A stretch of 36,431 bases of DNA from an uncultured Aquimonas sp. (GTDB lineage: Bacteria; Pseudomonadota; Gammaproteobacteria; Xanthomonadales; Xanthomonadaceae), in NCBI GenBank assembly GCA_964424535.1, contig CAYRJS010000001.1:15882-52312 (forward strand), written 5' to 3'. This document shows positions 20,598 through 29,151 of this stretch, piece after piece. The notes below the pieces were generated by a model. The model had not been told where the DNA came from and ran no database searches. It worked only from the letters and a program-made list of their open reading frames with translations. Both the position numbers and the translations under genes were made by a program. Each line of letters opens with the position of its first letter. Positions within the stretch are counted from its first letter, which is position 1.

Positions 20598-21912
20598 TCA
20601 TCCAGGCCTTGCCCCGAGCCCGCCAGCCCAAGGTCACCAGGCGTGCGCCGAGAAACCCGAACACGAAAGCCGCCATCAACCAGGCCAGACCGGCGCTGCC
20701 CGCAGGCGAGAAGCTCCACACCAGCCCTGCCAATGGCACGAATACGGCGAGATTGATGATCCCCGCCAGGGCCAGATAGCGCATGTCACCTGCCCCGATC
20801 AAAACCCCGTCGAGCACCCAGACCAAGGCTCCCAGCGGAGTGGATACACCCAGGATCAACAAGGTCGCTGGCAACAATTCGCGCACCTGGATATCGCGGG
20901 TGAACAGCTCTCCCAACACCCCGCTGCCAGCCATCACCAACACCCCCAACACCAAACCGATGCCCAGTCCCCACTGCAGGCAGCGACGCAAGACCGTTCG
21001 CACCTGGGCCACATCGCCAGCCCCCAGACCGTGGCCAATCAGGGCTTGGGCCGCGATGGCCAAGGCATCCAGGGCAAAGGCCAGGGTGGCGAACAAGGTC
21101 ATGGCGACGTGGAAAGCCGCCAGTTCAGCGGGCCCCAGAGCCGTGGCCACATACACCGCCAGCACCATGGCCGCGCGCAAGCTCAAGGTGCGCAAAAACA
21201 ACCAGAAACCATCAGCCATGCCCAGACGCAGACCAGCCCGACGCGGCCACCAGCCCACCTGCAAGCCCCGGACCTTGCGTCCGATGATGATCGCGTAAGC
21301 CACCACCATGCCCCATTGCGCCAGCACCGAACCAATGGCAGCCCCGGCAATGCCCAGATCCAGCACGAAAATCAGCAGATAATTCAGCCCGATATTGGCG
21401 GAAAATCCCACCCCGGCAACCCACAGCGGGGTGCGCGTATCCTGCAGGCCGCGCAGCAGGCCACTGGCGGCAAATACCAGCAACATGGCCGGGATACCGG
21501 GCATGGACAACAGCAGATAGCGCACCGCTGCTTGCGCCACTTCGGGCGGCGGTCCAAATGCCGTCACCAGCGTTGGCGTGGCCCAGGCACCGGCCAGGGC
21601 CAGCACCATTCCCAGGGCCAATGCCAGCCAGAGCCCATCGATCCCGGCAGCCACCGCGCCATGCTGATCGCCCCGCCCCAGGTTTCGCGCCACTGCCGGC
21701 GTGGTTGCATAGGCAAGAAAGATCATCAGACCGACCAGGGTCTGCAAGATCACCGCCGCAATGCCCAGGCCGGCCAGGGCAGCCTGACCCAGATGCCCGA
21801 CCATGGCCGAATCGGCGAGCAGAAACAGGGGTTCGGCGATCAAGGCCCCCAGGGCCGGCAGCGCCAGATCAAGGATTTTGCGATCCAGTTTTTGCAGACG
21901 GAAAAAACTCAC
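20587..21912 (-). CDS. MATE family (DinF-like) efflux transporter
   Basis: ILDLALPALGALIAEPLFLLADSAMVGHLG, GLLRGLQDTRTPL, LGIAGAAIGSVLAQW, LDGVLIGAGD; many hydrophobic segments. Start GTG 21912 is tentative. The 3' end overlaps STK-2 by 11 bp. Confidence 0.93.
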   Translation of the reverse strand: MSFFRLQKLDRKILDLALPALGALIAEPLFLLADSAMVGHLGQAALAGLGIAAVILQTLVGLMIFLAYATTPAVARNLGRGDQHGAVAAGIDGLWLALALGMVLALAGAWATPTLVTAFGPPPEVAQAAVRYLLLSMPGIPAMLLVFAASGLLRGLQDTRTPLWVAGVGFSANIGLNYLLIFVLDLGIAGAAIGSVLAQWGMVVAYAIIIGRKVRGLQVGWWPRRAGLRLGMADGFWLFLRTLSLRAAMVLAVYVATALGPAELAAFHVAMTLFATLAFALDALAIAAQALIGHGLGAGDVAQVRTVLRRCLQWGLGIGLVLGVLVMAGSGVLGELFTRDIQVRELLPATLLILGVSTPLGALVWVLDGVLIGAGDMRYLALAGIINLAVFVPLAGLVWSFSPAGSAGLAWLMAAFVFGFLGARLVTLGWRARGKAWMITG

Positions 21913-22115
21913 TGCGCACCCGTGTTCGATGAGCTTGCAGGTGATCTGGATCATCCGACCCGCTGCAGCCGATCGGTCATGGTAGCCGGGCCGATATGGG
22001 TCTGGCACCGGTTCTCACCTTCGCCTGGCTCAATCCCGGTCATGGGATTTGCTGCGATGCACAATCAGTTTCGATACTCTAGAATCACCACACCTATCAG
22101 CAATGAGTTTCTGCC

Positions 22116-23510
<1,395 letters not shown>

Positions 23511-23513
23511 AAC

Positions 23514-23544
23514 AAAAAACCGGGGGCGTTGATCGCCCCCGGTT
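23514..23544. terminator. Intrinsic terminator between convergent fumC and secF
   Basis: AACCGGGGGCG-TTGAT-CGCCCCCGGTT perfect stem; the A-run on the left gives a U-tract for the minus-strand secDF transcript. Confidence 0.85.
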
Positions 23545-23595
23545 CGTATCCGACACTTGGCCAGGAACGCAGTCCCGGCCTGGTCAAAGCGTCTC

Positions 23596-24534
23596 TTACG
23601 GACGCCGTGCCAACTCCGAGTCGTCCCGAATCTTGGGCATCATGTCGATCTTGTTGGTGCCCAGCATCTGCAGCAGCGGGCAGGCAACGAAGATCGAGGA
23701 CAAGGTGCCGATGACGATGCCGAACATCAACGCTTCGGCCAAACCACGCAGGGATTCACCGCCGAAGAAGTACAGCGCCGCGACCGCAAACAGGGTCGAC
23801 AACGCAGTCAGGATGGTACGTGACAGGGTCTCGTTGATGGAGCGGTTGAGGATTTCCGGGGTGTCGACCTTGTTGAGGCCACGGAAATTCTCACGCACGC
23901 GGTCGAATACCACGATGGTGTCGTTGATTGAGTAACCCAGAACCGACATGACGCCGGCCAGCGCGGTCAGACTGAACTCATGCTGGGTCAGGGCAAACAG
24001 ACCGGTAGTGGTGACCACGTCGAACACCGAGGTCACGGTGGCTGCGACCGAGAATTTCCACTCGAAGCGCATCGAGATATAGACGATAAAGCCCAGGGCC
24101 ACGAACACCACGGCCAGAATGCCGCTTTGCGCCAGTTCCTTGCCCACCTGCGGACCGACGAAGTCCGAACGCACCAGGGTAGCCGGGTTTTCGGGTGAAT
24201 TCAGTGCTGTCAGGACCGCATCACCAGTCTGGGTGATATTGTCCTGACCCTCGCGCGGCTGCAGGCGCACCAGCACGTCGGTCTGGGAACCGAAGGTCTG
24301 CACCATGCCTCCGGGATAGCCGGCATCATTCAACTTGTTGCGCAACAGGTCGAGATCGGCCGGATTCTCAAAGGTCAGCTCGGCCACGGTGCCGCCGGTG
24401 AAATCGAGCGCGAAGTTGAGCCCGCGCGTACCCAGCAAACCCACGGCGAAGATGAACATGAGCAGGGCGATACCCAGCGACAGATGCCGGATACGCATGA
24501 AGGGGATCTTGCTGCCATACGGAAAAATATTCAT
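23596..24534 (-). CDS. secF: Protein translocase subunit SecF
   Basis: GLNFALDFTGGT, VGPQVGKEL, GYSINDTIVVFDRVREN, SINETLSRTILT. Confidence 0.98.
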   Translation of the reverse strand: MNIFPYGSKIPFMRIRHLSLGIALLMFIFAVGLLGTRGLNFALDFTGGTVAELTFENPADLDLLRNKLNDAGYPGGMVQTFGSQTDVLVRLQPREGQDNITQTGDAVLTALNSPENPATLVRSDFVGPQVGKELAQSGILAVVFVALGFIVYISMRFEWKFSVAATVTSVFDVVTTTGLFALTQHEFSLTALAGVMSVLGYSINDTIVVFDRVRENFRGLNKVDTPEILNRSINETLSRTILTALSTLFAVAALYFFGGESLRGLAEALMFGIVIGTLSSIFVACPLLQMLGTNKIDMMPKIRDDSELARRP

Positions 24535-24552
24535 GGGAAAGATTCTCCTGGC

Positions 24553-26406
24553 TCAGATCGAAACGTGCGTGATCTTGCGGCGACCGCCGTAGATCAAGGT
24601 GGAAATGCCGCGAGAAACCGACAGCGCGCTGTAGATCGAGGTCAGGATGCCCACGCACAGGGTCACGGCGAAACCCTTGACTGGGCCGCTGCCGAAAGCG
24701 AACAGGGCCACACCGGCCAACAGGGTGGTGATGTTGGCGTCCCAGATCGTGGCCGCGGCCAGGTCGTAACCTTCCTTGATGGCCGCATGGGGCGGTTTGC
24801 CGACTCGTAACTCCTCGCGTATTCGTTCATTGATCAGGACGTTGGCGTCCACCGCCATACCCATGGTCAAGGCGATACCGGCCAGACCCGGCAGCGTCAG
24901 GGTGGCCCCGAGGATCGACATCACCGCCACCAGCAGCAACAGGTTGAACAGCAAGGCCAAGTTGGTGACCACCCCGAACATCTTGTAGTAGATCAGGAAG
25001 AACACCAGCACCATGCCGAAGGCATACATCACCGCAGTCCGGCCACTATTGATGTTCTCCTTACCCAGGCTGGGGCCGATGATGCGCTCTTCGACGATAT
25101 CCACCGGCGCCGCCAGGGAACCGGCACGCAACAGCAAGGCAAGCTCAGCGGCCTCTTCGGAGCTACCCAGGCCGGTGGTCTGGAACTTGCGTCCAAACAC
25201 GCCATTGACGCGGGCATAGTTGATGACTTCCTCGGTCACGCGCACGCTGCGCACTTCCTTGCCATCGACGATCTTGGTTTCCGGCAGGCGCTCGATATAA
25301 ACCACGCCCATGAAACGGCCGACGTTGTCACGGGTGAAGTCATTCATGCGCGCACCGGCCGGTGCGTTCAAGGTGACCGAGACCATGGGACCACCGCCCT
25401 GGGGATCGAAGCCGGAACGGGCATCCACCAACTGGTCGCCGGAAGCGATGATGCGCCGCGACAGCAGGATGGGCCGGCGCGTGCCGCGTTCGTAATACAG
25501 ACGTGCATCGGACGGCACCCGGCCAGTTTGGGCGGCTTCGAAGGCATTGCCATCGACGGCAGCGCGGTATTCCAGGGTCGCCGTGGCGCCCAGGATCTTC
25601 TTGGCCTGGGCGGTGTCTTGCACGCCCGGCAACTGCACCACGATACGGGAAGCACCCTGGCGCTGGATCACCGGCTCGGCCACGCCCAGCTCATTGATAC
25701 GATTGCGCAAGGTGCCGATGTTCTGTTCCAGGGCATTGTCGATGATGGTCTTGAGTTCGGTCTCGCGCAGATGCGCCAGCAACAAGCCCGGCTCGTTGCC
25801 GTTTTCGACCTGCAACTGTTGCACGTCGCGATTGATCAAGGTGGCCACGCGGTCCCGGTCTGCCGGGTCGCGCAAGCGTACGAGGATGCCACTGGCTCCG
25901 CGATCGACACCGGCGTAGGGAATCTTGGCCTCGCGCAGCAGGCTGCGGATGTCATCGACAAAACCGTTCTCGCGCTTTTCCAGGGCCGCCTTCTGGTCCA
26001 CTTCCATCAGGAAGTGCACGCCGCCCTGCAAGTCCAGGCCCAGCAGCATCGGCTCGGCACCGATCTTGGTGAGCCAGTCCGGTACGGTCGAGGCCAGGTT
26101 CAGGGCCACCACGTAACCCTGCCCGACTTCACCGCGGATGGTATCGGCAGCGCGTACCTGCACGTCCGGATCGACCAGGCGCACCAGCAGGTTGTTGTTC
26201 TCGACCCCGATCGACTTGAATTCGATCTCGCTGCGTTCCAGCACACCCTGCACCCGCTCCTTGAGGGCGTCGTCGATAACGCCGCCTCGGGTGGCGGAGA
26301 TCTGCACCGCCGTGTCTTGCGGATACAGGTTGGGCAGGGAGTAGACCGTCGAGACCAGCAGGATCAGGACAGCCAGGACATATTTCCAACGGGCAAATTC
26401 GAGCAT
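24553..26406 (-). CDS. secD: Protein translocase subunit SecD
   Basis: LGLDLQGGVHFLMEVD, RINELGVAEPVIQRQG, IGPSLG, GMAVDANVLINERIREE. Confidence 0.98.
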   Translation of the reverse strand: MLEFARWKYVLAVLILLVSTVYSLPNLYPQDTAVQISATRGGVIDDALKERVQGVLERSEIEFKSIGVENNNLLVRLVDPDVQVRAADTIRGEVGQGYVVALNLASTVPDWLTKIGAEPMLLGLDLQGGVHFLMEVDQKAALEKRENGFVDDIRSLLREAKIPYAGVDRGASGILVRLRDPADRDRVATLINRDVQQLQVENGNEPGLLLAHLRETELKTIIDNALEQNIGTLRNRINELGVAEPVIQRQGASRIVVQLPGVQDTAQAKKILGATATLEYRAAVDGNAFEAAQTGRVPSDARLYYERGTRRPILLSRRIIASGDQLVDARSGFDPQGGGPMVSVTLNAPAGARMNDFTRDNVGRFMGVVYIERLPETKIVDGKEVRSVRVTEEVINYARVNGVFGRKFQTTGLGSSEEAAELALLLRAGSLAAPVDIVEERIIGPSLGKENINSGRTAVMYAFGMVLVFFLIYYKMFGVVTNLALLFNLLLLVAVMSILGATLTLPGLAGIALTMGMAVDANVLINERIREELRVGKPPHAAIKEGYDLAAATIWDANITTLLAGVALFAFGSGPVKGFAVTLCVGILTSIYSALSVSRGISTLIYGGRRKITHVSI

Positions 26407-26480
26407 AGGGGCAGCACCGGTTCATGGGCACTCGCGGCCACCGGACCGGGAACGCGAGAAAGGGGGTAAATCGGGGAAAC

Positions 26481-26810
26481 TCAGACAGATTTCAAGGTGC
26501 CCTTGGGCAAAACCGTGGTGACCGCGTGTTTTTGCACCCGCACCACCACCTTGTCGGCGATTTCCACCTTCAGGAAGCTCTCGCCCACGTCCTCGACCCG
26601 GCCCAGCATGCCACCGCTGATGACCACTTCATCACCCTTGGCGATGGCCGCCACCATGTTGCGATGATCCTTGGCCCGCTTCATCTGCGGCCGGATCACG
26701 AACAAGAAGAACACCAGCACGAACACCAGCATCATGATCATCGGCGACCACGGGGCCGGCTGGGCTGCGCCACCAGCCTGGGCATAGGCGGAAGAAATCA
26801 GAAAATCCAT
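26481..26810 (-). CDS. yajC: Preprotein translocase subunit YajC
   Basis: MDFLISSAYAQ, FFLFVIRPQMKRAK, KGDEVVISGG, VLPKGTLKSV; directly upstream of secD; 109 aa from ATG 26810. Confidence 0.97.
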   Translation of the reverse strand: MDFLISSAYAQAGGAAQPAPWSPMIMMLVFVLVFFLFVIRPQMKRAKDHRNMVAAIAKGDEVVISGGMLGRVEDVGESFLKVEIADKVVVRVQKHAVTTVLPKGTLKSV

Positions 26811-27000
26811 CGGGATACTCACGTCAGCATCGAAAAAGACCGGTTCAGACCGGCAAAGAGGGCAAATTATGCCACGACATGGCGTTTGCAACTGAATTGG
26901 CTGCATCCAGTCGCCGATAAATGCTGGCTCCAGCCTTCTTGCGCCCGGTTCCCGGCGTTAGGTCTTACCATGCCGATTGACCCAGTCCGTTGCCTTGCCG

Positions 27001-28233
27001 ATGAATGTTCCGTCCGCGAATTTGCTGTTGTTCACCCACGCCCGCCTCGTCACCCTGGCCGATCAAACTGGCTACGGCCTGATCGAAGACGGCTTTCTGG
27101 CTTGCCGCGACGGCCTGATCCAGCAGCTTGGCCCAATGGCGCAGTTGCCCGCCGAGTTGGTGCATGCAGCTTCGGTGATCGATTGCCAAGGTGCCCTGCT
27201 GACTCCGGCCCTGATCGACTGCCATACCCATCTGGTCTTTGCCGGCGATCGCGCCAGTGAATTTGAACAACGTCTGCAAGGGGTCAGCTACGAGGACATC
27301 GCTCGGCGCGGTGGCGGCATCGCTTCCAGTGTCCGGGCTACCCGCGCGGCCGATGAGGACACGCTGTACCAGCAAGCCAGGCCTCGGGCCCTGGCCCTGC
27401 GTCGGGATGGCGTGGCCACGCTGGAAATCAAATCCGGTTACGGGCTGGACCTGGAAACCGAACTGCGCATGCTGCGGGTGGCGCGACGCCTGGGACAGGA
27501 ACTGGGCCTGACGGTCAAAGCCACCTGCCTGGGTGCGCACGCCGTAGCGCCTGAGTATGAAGGTCGTCCCGACGCCTATATCGATTGGGTGTGCGACACT
27601 TTGTTACCGGCGGCCGCCAGCGAGGGCCTGGTCGATGCCGTGGATGCTTTTTGCGAGCGCATCGCCTTCAGTCCGCAACAAACCGCAAAGTTTTTCGCCG
27701 CGGCGCGGGCGCTGAATTTGCCGGTGAAGCTGCACGCCGATCAGTTGAGCGATTCGGGCGGGGCCGCCCTGGTTGCCAGTTTCAACGGCCTGTCGGCCGA
27801 TCACGTGGAATACACCAACCCAGCCGGGGTGAAGATGATGGCCGCGCATGGCAGCGTGGCGGTGCTGCTGCCCGGCGCCTTCCTGTGCCTGCGTGAAACC
27901 CGGTTGCCACCCATTGAGCAGTTCCGCGCTCAGGGTGTACCGATGGCCGTGGCCACCGATGCCAATCCAGGGACCGCCCCTCTGCTCAGCCTGCGCCTGG
28001 CCATGGCCCTGGCCTGCATCCAGTTTCGCCTGACCCCGGAAGAAGCCCTGCGCGGTGCCACCTGCAATGCTGCCAAGGCGCTGGGCTTGTCCGACCGTGG
28101 CCGCTTGTTTCCCGGTCTGCGCGCCGATCTGGCCTTGTGGCATGTACGTGAACCTGCCGAACTGGCCTACTGGCTGGGTGGCGATCTGCTGCGTGCGCTT
28201 TATATCAACGCCAAACCCATCATTGATGCCTGA
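27001..28233 (+). CDS. hutI: Imidazolonepropionase
   Basis: PALIDCHTHLVFAGDRASEFEQRLQGVSYEDIARRGGGI, EIKSGYGL, KLHADQL, SADHVE, ATDANPG. Start is ATG 27001 or TTG 26977. Confidence 0.96.
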   Translation: MNVPSANLLLFTHARLVTLADQTGYGLIEDGFLACRDGLIQQLGPMAQLPAELVHAASVIDCQGALLTPALIDCHTHLVFAGDRASEFEQRLQGVSYEDIARRGGGIASSVRATRAADEDTLYQQARPRALALRRDGVATLEIKSGYGLDLETELRMLRVARRLGQELGLTVKATCLGAHAVAPEYEGRPDAYIDWVCDTLLPAAASEGLVDAVDAFCERIAFSPQQTAKFFAAARALNLPVKLHADQLSDSGGAALVASFNGLSADHVEYTNPAGVKMMAAHGSVAVLLPGAFLCLRETRLPPIEQFRAQGVPMAVATDANPGTAPLLSLRLAMALACIQFRLTPEEALRGATCNAAKALGLSDRGRLFPGLRADLALWHVREPAELAYWLGGDLLRALYINAKPIIDA

Positions 28234-28235
28234 TC

Positions 28236-28275
28236 CGGGCCTCGGCTGGCGCCGAACACGCCAGCCGAACGCCCG
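28236..28275. terminator. GC-rich hairpin between convergent hutI and thx (probable terminator)
   Basis: TCGGCTGGCG-CCGAACA-CGCCAGCCGA 10-bp stem extendable by CGGGC/GCCCG; no immediately adjacent U-tract. Confidence 0.6.
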
Positions 28276-28281
28276 ACAGCA

Positions 28282-28437
28282 TCAGGCTTTTTTCTTTGCC
28301 GCTGTTTTTTTCGCCCCCGGTGCCTTGGGTGTGGAAACAACGCTGGCGGCAGGTGCAGGCGTCGCGTGCGGGCGCTTGTTGCCGTAACTGCTCCTGTACC
28401 GCTTGCCCCTGGTGGTCTTGCTGTCACCCTTGCCCAT
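28282..28437 (-). CDS. thx: 30S ribosomal protein Thx (bTHX) with Ala/Lys-rich tail, 51 aa
   Basis: MGKGDSKTTRGKRYRSSYGNKRP fits the Thx pattern (GKGDxxTxxGKxxxxxYG); AAGGAG RBS 8 nt before ATG 28437. Confidence 0.9.
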   Translation of the reverse strand: MGKGDSKTTRGKRYRSSYGNKRPHATPAPAASVVSTPKAPGAKKTAAKKKA

Positions 28438-28534
28438 CGACTGGTCTCCTTGTGTCCGACGTTTCACGCATGGCCCACGCCATGCGCCCGAGGCCAAAGC
28501 CTACCATCGTCAGGGTCGAACCCGATGGCCTGGA

Positions 28535-28957
28535 TCACACCGAATCGGATTTGCCAACCCGTCGGACCGCGCGTTGATTCACCAGGTGCGCCAGGGCAAT
28601 CAGGCTGCCGCCAAGCACCATCATCACGGTATGCCAGACCCCATGCGCATGCAGGGAGGTGAAGGCACTGAGCCAGACCAGGACGAGCCCGGACAACAAC
28701 AAGGCCCAGGCCTTGAACGTGTGATGGCGACGAAAACCCAGGCTGACCATGGCCACACCCAGGATCGTGGCGAACACCACCATGATCTGATCGACATCCC
28801 CCCAAGGCAGCAACGCGACCCCGGTTGCCGGCACCACCAGCAGGGCCAGCGGCCACACGGCACAATGCACGGCACATGCCAGCGCCGCCCACATGCCGAT
28901 ACGATCACCGGCGTCGGGATAGCAGGCCGTGCTTTGGCAGCCGTTGGAATGTTGCAT
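28535..28957 (-). CDS. MerC-family membrane protein (putative metal uptake), 140 aa
   Basis: DRIGMWAALACAVHCAVWP, LGFRRHH, His-rich loop LHAHGVWH, ALAHLVN; four hydrophobic segments; start moved to ATG 28957. Confidence 0.85.
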   Translation of the reverse strand: MQHSNGCQSTACYPDAGDRIGMWAALACAVHCAVWPLALLVVPATGVALLPWGDVDQIMVVFATILGVAMVSLGFRRHHTFKAWALLLSGLVLVWLSAFTSLHAHGVWHTVMMVLGGSLIALAHLVNQRAVRRVGKSDSV

Positions 28958-28979
28958 GGGACAGGTCACATCAGAACAG

Positions 28980-28996
28980 TTGCAACAATATAACAT
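28980..28996 (-). promoter_or_regulatory. Zur-box-like operator upstream of the MerC-family gene
   Basis: Minus strand ATGTTATATTGTTGCAA matches 13 of 17 positions of the gammaproteobacterial Zur core ATGTTATAwTATAACAT (consensus from memory); AT-rich patch 22 bp before the start. Confidence 0.7.
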
Positions 28997-29151
28997 GCCG
29001 CCAGCTGTGGAAGTCATTCGCACGTTCACGCTTCGGTATGCGGGTGCCTGCGCGAGATTGCCGCCGGGGTCTGGATTGCCTTGTTCGAAAACGCGATACG
29101 ATCCCCGATACATCCGACTGATCAGGATATGGGCGGACCGAGAACGGCACG

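Noticed and set aside
28535..28957. Mercury-resistance locus
   Set aside because: No merR, merA, merT or merP in the window; the upstream site looks Zur-like.
29095..29119. Third copy of the ECF motif on the minus strand (AGTCGG...ATCG) facing the MerC gene
   Set aside because: Both halves are degenerate and the spacing is off by one; not distinguishable from chance.
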